From IMG/VR virus record IMGVR_UViG_3300023174_000050, positions 64,001 to 128,000 of that record: DNA of 64,000 bases; one strand, given 5' to 3'. This stretch comes from a virus. Position numbers and translations under genes: made by a program. Below the pieces are notes generated by a model that worked only from the letters and a program-made list of their open reading frames with translations, was not told the origin of the DNA and searched no databases. This document shows, in pieces, positions 17,684-26,958 of the stretch. Every line of letters begins with the position of its first letter. The first letter of the stretch is position 1.

Positions 17684-19207
17684 ATGGCATATACACTAAG
17701 TTATAATAGATCTTCAGTATCAGAAGGTTCCTCAGTAATAATTACTTTGAGTAATACAGGTTTGCCTGACGGAACATTAGTACCATTTATTGTTAGTGGT
17801 ACTAATATAACACCTTATGATTTTATTGGATTAAATTCTCTATCTGGTAATTTTTTAATAAAAAAGAATACTGGTAGTGTTGTCCTATATCCTTCAAACG
17901 ATTTAACTACCGAAGGATTGGAAACAATTATATTAAGATTATCCGGAACAGGGAGATCCGAAAATATAGCAATTAATCTTGTAGACACCTCCCCCCAAAC
18001 TAATAACATTGCAGAATTTAGTATAGTACCAAATCGCCCTTTTATTTTGGAGGGAGAAACTTTTGTATTTACTATTACTGGGCTAAATGTCCCAATAGGA
18101 ACCGTGGTACCCTATCAAATTTTTGGAATTCAAAATACAGACGTGTATAATGTACCAATGTCGGGGGAATTAATTTTTGCTGCAAATAGTACATATGATA
18201 CTACTGCAAATATTACTCTAACCGCAATACAAGATTTTTTAACAGACGGTACTGAAAATATAGCACTTTTATTGTATCCAACTATAGCATATACTTTAGC
18301 AGTTAATGGTACAACCTATTTAATAGATAGTTCTACAGAATTATCCGGATATTATTCTATAGAAACAAATAAACTTAAAGTAATAGAAAATGACACTATA
18401 ACTTTTTTCGTAATTGGTAAAAATATTCAGGCAGGAGCAAATGTAAAGTATGCATTAAAGTCATGGACTAATCCAAATATAGATTCGGAATTTGAGATTC
18501 CCTCAGAATTAACTTTGGATGATTTTGAAAATTTAACTTCACTTGAAGGAAACTTTCCTCCATTGCATGCAAATGATGCCACAAGTAATATTGCAAGTGT
18601 TACTTTTAAAATAAAAGATGATTTTATTTTTGAACCAAGCGAATATTTTTACATGGAAATTACCACACCCGAAGGATATAAAACTAGTTCTGCCGTAGTT
18701 GAAATTGTTGATTCTGGTAATAGTTATTTAAGAACTAGTAATACGTTTACTGGTAACGTAAATGTGTCTTTTGTGGACAAAGCAATATTGTCAGCAAACA
18801 TAGGAGCAATATCCAATAAACCTGGATTTTGGATAGATTCAACTGGACAAGTGTCCGAAACCATGGTTTTACAGGGTAAAACATTTGATGACACCATAAC
18901 ATCTCCAGTTTTTTATCAACCATTTTCTTATGTTATTCGTTCAAAATTATCAATAGATACCTGGGAAAATACTGTAAAAAGTATTTTACATCCTGCAGGG
19001 TTTGTGTTATTTAGCGAAATAAATAATGAGACAGATCCGAATTCTCCCAATTATGCAAATGTGAACGTGTATGTTGAGGACACCGAAATTTATACGTATT
19101 CTACAGTTACAATAGATTCATTGTCATTAAATATATCCAACGTATTTTTAAGTAATGCTGTAGAAAGATTATCCGCAGATGCTACATTCTTCCCTTTTAA
19201 TATTTGA
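17684..19207 (+). CDS. Ig/Calx-beta-like repeat protein ending in a gp7-like C-terminal domain
   Basis: About three repeats of the type V.EG...T..G...GT.V.Y...D...G.....D..TEG.E; C-terminal FYQPFSYVIRS..TWENTVKSILHPAGF motif. Confidence 0.6.
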   Translation: MAYTLSYNRSSVSEGSSVIITLSNTGLPDGTLVPFIVSGTNITPYDFIGLNSLSGNFLIKKNTGSVVLYPSNDLTTEGLETIILRLSGTGRSENIAINLVDTSPQTNNIAEFSIVPNRPFILEGETFVFTITGLNVPIGTVVPYQIFGIQNTDVYNVPMSGELIFAANSTYDTTANITLTAIQDFLTDGTENIALLLYPTIAYTLAVNGTTYLIDSSTELSGYYSIETNKLKVIENDTITFFVIGKNIQAGANVKYALKSWTNPNIDSEFEIPSELTLDDFENLTSLEGNFPPLHANDATSNIASVTFKIKDDFIFEPSEYFYMEITTPEGYKTSSAVVEIVDSGNSYLRTSNTFTGNVNVSFVDKAILSANIGAISNKPGFWIDSTGQVSETMVLQGKTFDDTITSPVFYQPFSYVIRSKLSIDTWENTVKSILHPAGFVLFSEINNETDPNSPNYANVNVYVEDTEIYTYSTVTIDSLSLNISNVFLSNAVERLSADATFFPFNI

Positions 19208-19227
19208 AATTTTTAAACCATTCATCA

Positions 19228-19234
19228 ATAAATA
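19228..19234 (+). promoter_or_regulatory. Relaxed late promoter (ATAAATA)
   Basis: ATAAATA just upstream of the gp8 ATG at 19239. Confidence 0.45.
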
Positions 19235-19238
19235 AAAA

Positions 19239-20531
19239 ATGCCGAAAATAATAACTAGTAAATTAAAAATAGATAATGCAAAAAATTTCATTGATAGATT
19301 CAATGATACTAATAATACTTTGTATTTCTTTTTAGGCAAACCTAGTGCATGGCCCGACGAAACCGCCCCGTTAACTTTAAACGATTATTCCCACGATATT
19401 AATAAAGTTTGGGATGAAATGATTAGTTTGAAACGAGTACTTCCTACTAGTATAGCAAATGTGGTAAGAAGAATAAATTGGGAAAAAAATACAATTTATG
19501 TTCCATATGATGATCAAGATATTGATTTATTTTCAAAAGAATTCTATGTATTAAATTCAGAAAATAATGTATATAAATGTATATCAAATGCTAATGGTTT
19601 GGTGTCGTTAGTTGAGCCCACAGGAACAAGTACAGATATTACCACATTTTCGGATGGATATCGTTGGAAGTATTTATATTCTATTGGCATAGGAGATTCA
19701 TTAAAATTTTTAACAAGTAAATGGATGCCTGTATTTAAAAATACTATTGTGGCAAATGCTGCTATAGGCGGTGCAATAGAACACGTAAAAATAATAAATT
19801 CTGGCGCAAATTATCCCAGAACAACTATAATTAATATATTAGGCGACGGAATAAATGCATCGTTGGTTCCTAAACTAAATTTGGGAGTTATATATGATTT
19901 CTTTTATATTAATGTGGGCAATGATTATCGATATGCAACCGCAAGCGTAGATGATACTAGCAATGTGGGAAGTTACGCAAATATTAGACCTATAGTAAGT
20001 CCATATAAAGGACATGGGTTTGATCCAATTGAAGAATTGAATGCCAATAAAATTATGATAAATGTTAAAACTGATTATAATGAAGGGTTTGGAGATTTTC
20101 CGGGACAGTTCTCATATAGGACATTTGGAATTTTAAATAATCCAAAAAGATTAGATGGCAGTTTTGCAAGTAATACCACACTAAGTGCATTACCAGGAAT
20201 ATATGTAAGATCCTGCTCCAACGTATTTTCACAGTATGAGTATATAGAAGGCAGTGTTAGTTCAGCAAATGCGTTTGTAATTACATCCAACATTAATAGT
20301 GGCAATGGATATGCAAAATTTATTCAAACATTTGATAAAACAAATTTTAATAATTTTATACCCGGTGAAGTTGTTATTGGAAAAACTTCAGGAACGACTG
20401 CGATAGTATCAAATTTATTATATCCCGAAGTATTAAAAAATGAAGGATCTATTTTTTATATAGAAAATAGAACTCCAATAACAAGATCAAAAGATCAAAC
20501 AGACAATTTACATTTAGTAATAGAGTTTTAA
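19239..20531 (+). CDS. gp8: Baseplate wedge subunit
   Basis: LYFFLGKPSAW, RRINW..YVPYDD, FYVLNSENNVYKCISN, DGYRWKYLY, YIENRTPITRS..DNLHLVIEF. Confidence 0.88.
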   Translation: MPKIITSKLKIDNAKNFIDRFNDTNNTLYFFLGKPSAWPDETAPLTLNDYSHDINKVWDEMISLKRVLPTSIANVVRRINWEKNTIYVPYDDQDIDLFSKEFYVLNSENNVYKCISNANGLVSLVEPTGTSTDITTFSDGYRWKYLYSIGIGDSLKFLTSKWMPVFKNTIVANAAIGGAIEHVKIINSGANYPRTTIINILGDGINASLVPKLNLGVIYDFFYINVGNDYRYATASVDDTSNVGSYANIRPIVSPYKGHGFDPIEELNANKIMINVKTDYNEGFGDFPGQFSYRTFGILNNPKRLDGSFASNTTLSALPGIYVRSCSNVFSQYEYIEGSVSSANAFVITSNINSGNGYAKFIQTFDKTNFNNFIPGEVVIGKTSGTTAIVSNLLYPEVLKNEGSIFYIENRTPITRSKDQTDNLHLVIEF

Positions 20532-20540
20532 GGAAAAAAA

Positions 20541-23500
20541 ATGGCAACATCAACAAGTGTTTCTCCGTATTTTGATGATTATTCTGAGGATAAGAATTTT
20601 TATCGAGTATTATATAAACCCGGAGTTGCAATACAATCAAGAGAACTTAATCAATCTCAAACAATATTACAAAATCAAATTAAACGCGTAGGTGATTATC
20701 TATTTAATAACGGACAACGTATTAAAGGTTCAAATCCAAGTGTAAATCTTGATGCGAGAACGGTTCGCCTAACTGGTAAAAATACAAATGGACAAAATAT
20801 AGTCCTTGATAATTTTTTAGGAAAATATGTTACTAGTTTAAATACTGATATCATAGGGTATGTGGAATTTGTTTTTGAAAGAGATGATCCTCAAATTGGA
20901 GATTTGCCTTGTATAGTTATTAGTTTGAAAAAATTTAATGATACCAATAACGGATTCTTTTTTGAATTAGATACATTATATTTTCACGATACTCTAACTC
21001 AGGCATTAAACAAAACCACAACATTATTAACCGCAGTTACAGAACAAAATATTATTAAAAATATTACTTCTACTGCAACACAATATTCCAAAACTATAAT
21101 TTTTTCATCCGCAACTACTCTGGTTGAAGTTGGAGATTTATTAGTTCACCCTACACTAAATAAAGCAATATATGTAACTAAAATTATAAATGCAACTACT
21201 GTAAATATTAATGAGGCCCCTGGGGTAAATATAACTGCAGAAAATATTCAGTTTATTAAAAAATCATCTTGTCCAACATCTATTGTTACTCAACCAAATA
21301 CGTATTTTTACAATGATGGATTTTTACTAAGGTCAGATACACAAAGTGTTGTTCCTGATAAAAATACTGCATTTCCAAGTAAAGTAATTGGTTTCTATGT
21401 AACAGAACAAATAATTACCAGCGAAGATGATCCTTCATTATTAGATCCTGCAATAGGAAGTTCTAATTATTTTGCAACAGGTGCAGATAGATTAAAAATA
21501 AGTTTATCATTAACATCTTTTGATGTCAATGAAGATTACAAAGCAACGACAACTGATACTATAATTCCTTTATTAACATTTAATAGAGGGGATATAGAAA
21601 TTGTATCTGAAAATAATATTTCGGGCGAACTAAGAAAAGAACTTGAAGATAGAACTTATGATCAATCTGGCAACTATGTAGTTAATCCTTTTATAGTAAC
21701 TCCATCCGCAGATATGACTGATGATGAATATCTTCGTTTTAATGTTTCTTCAGGAAAAGCATATATTGGCGGAAAAGAAGTAGCAACAATATCAACCACA
21801 CAATTACTTGTACTTAGACCAACAACTACGGATACCAGACTAGGATACAATATTACAACTACGCAAGGTAACTATATTCAAGTTACAGATGTAAATGACT
21901 ATGGTAATAGCACAGTTATTCCTTTACCAGAAACAATAACACAAGGTGAAATGTTTTTAGAAATGCACAATGTTACAAATCCTACTTCTAATACAACACA
22001 AGTGGGAACCCTTGCATTTAAATCTTTGGAGTATGATAGTTCTTTGGGTGCCAATTCCAAAACACAATTTAAATTATTATATCACTATTATTCTCAGATT
22101 GTGGATGCACCTGCAAGTTGGGCAGCATGGTCTACAAAATATGGAATTTCGGAAGCGGATGGTCGATTTATTGCAGATACATTCTATAGTTCTCCCAGTG
22201 CAAATACTCTATTAGGAAATTATGGTCCAGCGGCTACACCATGTTACGCATTGTATAGAGAGCCAGATACCGGAGGAGTAGCCTTTTGGTATAACACGTG
22301 GAATACTTTGGATGGTCGAGATATTGCATTAACAAAGAAAAGATTTGCTGAAGGTGTATTAGCATTTGATACTACAAATTCTGATCGTGCAAGAATGCTA
22401 TCGAGTACAAAATCTTTCTTATCGGTATCTAACGGCAGTCCATTTATAGATGGTTTAACCAATGCCAAAAAGGTTAAAAGTTTAATTGGAGTACGAAACT
22501 CTTTAACAAATCATTATACTGCTGCAACATATACTGCTCCGTTCTTTTATGCAAATGTTGCCGAACAAAGTATATCTTCAACCGGAGATTTACTAATTAA
22601 AGATCCTAGACCATCGGATCTTTTAGTTTTTCCTATATCAAAAGATAATATAAAAAATCTTGATAAAATTAATACTACTTACTATAGGTCAATAAGAAAT
22701 GCAGTCTTTTCTGGGGGCGTATATACTAAATCATTATCCTCTCCAGAGACTTTCGCATTAGGCGATGGAACTGTTGTTGCAAGTACTGCAAGAAAAAATT
22801 TTACAGTAATTATAAAATCTGGTGCAACAGCAAATACAAAACTCGGAGTAGCAAATTTGGAAAGAGGTTCTGTTACGATCTCATCGGATTCATCCACAGC
22901 ATCTATAAATTTAAACGATGCAGGTTATTCTGGCGTTGCAGATATATTATATCTTGTAGAAAGTAATAATGTACCACCAAGAACTAAAACTTTAGTAAAA
23001 GATGCTTCAACATTTGTAAATATAACTCAACCAGATTTGGCATATAGTTTATATATTTCCGATATTGCTCGGTTTGGGGGCATTTACAAACGAGGTGATG
23101 TTTTAAATTTAACGGGTGTTTGGAATGCAAATACTTATTACACATATAATCAACAAGTTATTAAAAACGGAGCAGTATATACTGCAATAGCCCCTGCGCA
23201 GGGAATTGATGTTAGTTTTGCCAATGTTTGGTCACGGGTTAGTCAATTATCAGGAAATATACTTATTCTTAATGATGGCCAAAAGGACAGTTGGTATGAC
23301 CATGGATATGTAAAATACGCCGGACCCACTTCGGGAGTGCCAGGAAATGTATTAGTTATTTTTGATTATTTTAATCATTCGGGTGAGGGCCCTATTACTG
23401 TAAATTCATATCCTGCAAACTACTATAGAAGTATAGGCCAATATAAATCAGTGGTTGATGCAAAAGAATATACATTAAGAGATTGCTTAGATTTTAGACC

Positions 23501-25022
23501 AAAAAGAACTAATGGGTCTGTTTACTTAAATTTTGATACTGCAATATTTCCATCCACAGATGTAAACACTGAAGCAGATGTAACATATTATTTGCCTAGA
23601 ATAGATAAATTATATCTTTCCAAAGACTCGGTAAATTTTGAAACTCCTTATGATAAATTTTTTATTACAAATGGGAGTGAATCCAACGCCCCAGGTACAT
23701 CACCGTTAGTTGCGGATAAAACTAAATTGGCAATAGCTACTATACAATTACCTCCATTTGCAGAAAGTGCATTTAGTTGTTCGATTGTATACGAAAATAA
23801 TACTAGATTTACTATGGCAGACATAGGCAAAATCCAGCAAACAACATTAAGATTGGATAAAGCAGTAAAAGTCCATAGTATAGAAATTGCAAATCTCAAG
23901 GCAATCATTCAAAATGATGCCGGGGATACGTTATTAAAATCTGGTATACTTGTAGATAATTTTCAAGATTTTTCCAAAACAGATATTTTATCTGGAGGAT
24001 TTTTCTGCGCAATAAACACAAAACAAGGAATATGCTATCCAATGTTTTCGGCATATAATGTAGATTTAAATATAACATCTCAAACAAATGTCAATATTGC
24101 AAATGATATAATTACTGCAAAATATGTTGAGGAAGTTCTAGTGTCCCAAGTGGAAGCAAATGGGACTGTCAATCCCAATCCTGGCGGAATTAATGATCGT
24201 AGAGGAAGAGCAGAATTATCTCAACAAAATTCATACAAGGTCAACTTATTACAAACTGGGTTGCAGCTTTATGGTACTTATCTATTGGGGCAGGGAATAG
24301 TTGCAGCAGGTACTGCGTTAATTGGGGGTGCCTCCGTAAGCGAGGCTTGGTCACTAGCGGTTAATGCAGTAACCGGATCGGCTTTGAGCCCTGCATCTTT
24401 AGTTGGATATGCGGTTGATGCATATAATTTTGCAACATCTGGCACAGTTGGTGCCACAATTTCCGCAGGTTTTGATACTGTAGTGAGTTGGATATCAGGC
24501 ACCTCTACATCCACCGCGTTAAGCGGATCTACAACGTGGGCTACCGCCGAGGGGGTAGCAGTTGCAGAAGGTGGTAGTTATTTTGCCACCTTTGCCGCCA
24601 ATAACCCCACCCTCTATGCCGCTGTACCATATATTGCAGCAATTATAGCAATTGATACAATTACTGGAGGACATATAGTTCATGATGTGGTTAGAGAAGT
24701 TGGCAATGCAGTAGATAGTGTTGGTAAGGTAGTAAGTAATGTAGCAGGTGCAGTTGGCGATTTTGTGAATAATCCAATCGGGTCAGTTAAGAAATTATTT
24801 TCTGATATTAGAACAAAAGAAAAAATTAAATTTATAAAACAAATAAAAACCGGATTGAATCTATATTCATTTGAATACAAATCAGAATTTAAAAATCATC
24901 CATTGGCAGGTCATGGTAGATATGAGGGCTTTATGGCACACGAAGTTGAACAATTATATCCAAATGCTGTAGAAATAAACGATGGGTATAAAACAATTAA
25001 TTATTCACTAATAGGAATTTAA
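20541..25022 (+). CDS. Large virion structural protein (DUF4815-like) with a hydrophobic segment and a C-terminal S74-type chaperone domain
   Basis: SPYFDDYSEDKNFYRVLYKPG..QSRELNQSQTILQNQI, GADRLKI, RTYDQSGNYVV, LRDCLDFRP, YYLPRIDKL, KSGILVDNF; C-terminal SDIRTKEKI..YSFEYK..GFMAHEV..P.AV...GYKTINY. Confidence 0.75.
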   Translation: MATSTSVSPYFDDYSEDKNFYRVLYKPGVAIQSRELNQSQTILQNQIKRVGDYLFNNGQRIKGSNPSVNLDARTVRLTGKNTNGQNIVLDNFLGKYVTSLNTDIIGYVEFVFERDDPQIGDLPCIVISLKKFNDTNNGFFFELDTLYFHDTLTQALNKTTTLLTAVTEQNIIKNITSTATQYSKTIIFSSATTLVEVGDLLVHPTLNKAIYVTKIINATTVNINEAPGVNITAENIQFIKKSSCPTSIVTQPNTYFYNDGFLLRSDTQSVVPDKNTAFPSKVIGFYVTEQIITSEDDPSLLDPAIGSSNYFATGADRLKISLSLTSFDVNEDYKATTTDTIIPLLTFNRGDIEIVSENNISGELRKELEDRTYDQSGNYVVNPFIVTPSADMTDDEYLRFNVSSGKAYIGGKEVATISTTQLLVLRPTTTDTRLGYNITTTQGNYIQVTDVNDYGNSTVIPLPETITQGEMFLEMHNVTNPTSNTTQVGTLAFKSLEYDSSLGANSKTQFKLLYHYYSQIVDAPASWAAWSTKYGISEADGRFIADTFYSSPSANTLLGNYGPAATPCYALYREPDTGGVAFWYNTWNTLDGRDIALTKKRFAEGVLAFDTTNSDRARMLSSTKSFLSVSNGSPFIDGLTNAKKVKSLIGVRNSLTNHYTAATYTAPFFYANVAEQSISSTGDLLIKDPRPSDLLVFPISKDNIKNLDKINTTYYRSIRNAVFSGGVYTKSLSSPETFALGDGTVVASTARKNFTVIIKSGATANTKLGVANLERGSVTISSDSSTASINLNDAGYSGVADILYLVESNNVPPRTKTLVKDASTFVNITQPDLAYSLYISDIARFGGIYKRGDVLNLTGVWNANTYYTYNQQVIKNGAVYTAIAPAQGIDVSFANVWSRVSQLSGNILILNDGQKDSWYDHGYVKYAGPTSGVPGNVLVIFDYFNHSGEGPITVNSYPANYYRSIGQYKSVVDAKEYTLRDCLDFRPKRTNGSVYLNFDTAIFPSTDVNTEADVTYYLPRIDKLYLSKDSVNFETPYDKFFITNGSESNAPGTSPLVADKTKLAIATIQLPPFAESAFSCSIVYENNTRFTMADIGKIQQTTLRLDKAVKVHSIEIANLKAIIQNDAGDTLLKSGILVDNFQDFSKTDILSGGFFCAINTKQGICYPMFSAYNVDLNITSQTNVNIANDIITAKYVEEVLVSQVEANGTVNPNPGGINDRRGRAELSQQNSYKVNLLQTGLQLYGTYLLGQGIVAAGTALIGGASVSEAWSLAVNAVTGSALSPASLVGYAVDAYNFATSGTVGATISAGFDTVVSWISGTSTSTALSGSTTWATAEGVAVAEGGSYFATFAANNPTLYAAVPYIAAIIAIDTITGGHIVHDVVREVGNAVDSVGKVVSNVAGAVGDFVNNPIGSVKKLFSDIRTKEKIKFIKQIKTGLNLYSFEYKSEFKNHPLAGHGRYEGFMAHEVEQLYPNAVEINDGYKTINYSLIGI

Positions 25023-25024
25023 AA

Positions 25025-26746
25025 ATGGCAACAGCAGATACAGGCAATTCACAAGCATCAACTACAGATAATGCAATCTATGCAGGAGATCAATTACTAC
25101 AATTCCAAGTATCAGAAATGCCCGCTGGCACTAGAATATATGTGTATTGTAATGGGTTAGATATAACTTCTTTGTGTGCACCTATAACGTCGGGCGCTGC
25201 AATAGGAGACCCAATAGTAACAAATCAATTGGGGCAAACGGGAGGATATTTGTATATACCAAGTAACGATGGTAAATATAAATTTTTAACAGGTGAAATA
25301 TTATTGACATTTTCGGATAGCTCTACAGGAGTACAAAATTCAAAATATATTTCTGAAGCTATATTATATAATCATGGGATGAATTTAGTTAATACTGAAG
25401 AAGGTGGCACCGTTTCTTTAAGAAAAACAATAAAATTTAGAACAAATCCTTTGGGAAATGCGTTAGATATTAATACTTCTCAGTTAAGATTGGACCCATG
25501 TTCTCAAACATTTTTTGTAGAATCAACTAAATACCCTTTAGGCGTATACGTGACCGGTATTACATTATACGTTTTTGCAAAAGATCCATTATATCCTTTG
25601 GCAATAGAATTAAGACCAATGGACGGCGGCAAACCTTCGACTAAGGAATATATGGAAGGTAGCTATGTACTAAAAAATCCTTCAGATATACAAGTATATG
25701 ATACTGCGACAAATAATGCTGCACCCACAGATTTTACATTTAGACATCCAATATATTTGAAGCCCGGAGAATATGCTTTTTGCGTATTAACAAAATCTGG
25801 AAAATATCAGCTATTGGCAGCCTCAACGGATGCCGGCAAAACAGTAAAACAACCGTTTGCCGGAAGACTATTCAAGCCACAAAACACTGGAGAATGGGTT
25901 GAATCTTCTACTGAAGATTTGGCATTTGTTGTTAGAAAAGCAGCGTTTGAAACTGGGACTGTGACAATGGAGGCAAAAAATATAGCTATAAATGGCGGAT
26001 TAGAATATAATAGGTTTAGATTGTTATCTACTGCTATAGATTTTTCAGATACTGCCAGTGTCACTTATAATATAAAAACTAAAGATACCGGATCTAATTT
26101 GGTGAATGATCCTGTACAAATTTTACCAGGACTAAATGCAGATCTAGCAGGTAGACAAACTGTACAAAATGCAGGAGATATTGCTCTTCAAATTCAACTG
26201 ACAACAAAGGATAGAAATATTACTCCTATGTTGGATAAACAACTCATTCAAGCTCAAATATTTAGAACTGCAATAGATGAGTATAGCAAAACCATTTCTG
26301 ATAGTGAATTAAAATCAACAAATGGAAATGCGTTATCTAGATATATTAGCAAACCAGTCTCTCTTGCGGACGGGTTTGATTCTACGGGATTAGAAGTTAA
26401 ATTAAGTATTAGCAGACAAATAGGTACAGATGTAGATGTATTTTGTCGTGTATTATCGAGAAATGATAACAGTGTAACTAATGGTATATATGATAGACCA
26501 TGGTTACTTATGCCTCTTGTTTTACCAAAAGCAAAAACTTATTCAGGAACCGAAGAAATATATCAAGAAGAAACTTATAGAATAATTGAACCATTGTTGT
26601 CATATACTGCAACCTCACCAACCGGAACAGCAATTACTGGAACTTTTGACGATTTTGCATTTTATCAAATTAAGGTAGTATTCTATTCTAGTAATCCAGT
26701 CTATTTACCAAGACTCAGATCCATATCTGCAATATCAGTAATTTAA
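25025..26746 (+). CDS. Virion structural protein resembling the C-terminal half of DUF4815-type proteins
   Basis: DPCSQTFFV..GVYVTGITLYVF.KD..P..IELRP..G.P, F.HPIYL.PGEYAF, LFKPQN..W..EDLAF, RYISK.V.L, C-terminal YQIKVVF..P.LRSI. Confidence 0.65.
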   Translation: MATADTGNSQASTTDNAIYAGDQLLQFQVSEMPAGTRIYVYCNGLDITSLCAPITSGAAIGDPIVTNQLGQTGGYLYIPSNDGKYKFLTGEILLTFSDSSTGVQNSKYISEAILYNHGMNLVNTEEGGTVSLRKTIKFRTNPLGNALDINTSQLRLDPCSQTFFVESTKYPLGVYVTGITLYVFAKDPLYPLAIELRPMDGGKPSTKEYMEGSYVLKNPSDIQVYDTATNNAAPTDFTFRHPIYLKPGEYAFCVLTKSGKYQLLAASTDAGKTVKQPFAGRLFKPQNTGEWVESSTEDLAFVVRKAAFETGTVTMEAKNIAINGGLEYNRFRLLSTAIDFSDTASVTYNIKTKDTGSNLVNDPVQILPGLNADLAGRQTVQNAGDIALQIQLTTKDRNITPMLDKQLIQAQIFRTAIDEYSKTISDSELKSTNGNALSRYISKPVSLADGFDSTGLEVKLSISRQIGTDVDVFCRVLSRNDNSVTNGIYDRPWLLMPLVLPKAKTYSGTEEIYQEETYRIIEPLLSYTATSPTGTAITGTFDDFAFYQIKVVFYSSNPVYLPRLRSISAISVI

Positions 26747-26747
26747 T

Positions 26748-26954
26748 ATGGAACAATTTTATGCACCCATTAAGGAAGATCCCGGATATGTTAAGGATAT
26801 AAGATCCAACGCATTATTGAATACAGATCTATCTGCATTACATGAATATAAACAAAAAAGAAAACAAGCAAAACTTATAACCTCTATGCAAGAAGAAATA
26901 AATATGTTAAAAGAAGAGCTTGAAAAAATTAAAACCCATCTTAAGATAAGTTAA
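26748..26954 (+). CDS. Small coiled-coil virion-associated hypothetical protein
   Basis: YVKDIRSNALLNTD..Y plus coiled coil, a pattern I recall next to DUF4815-type genes. Confidence 0.6.
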   Translation: MEQFYAPIKEDPGYVKDIRSNALLNTDLSALHEYKQKRKQAKLITSMQEEINMLKEELEKIKTHLKIS

Positions 26955-26958
26955 CGCC

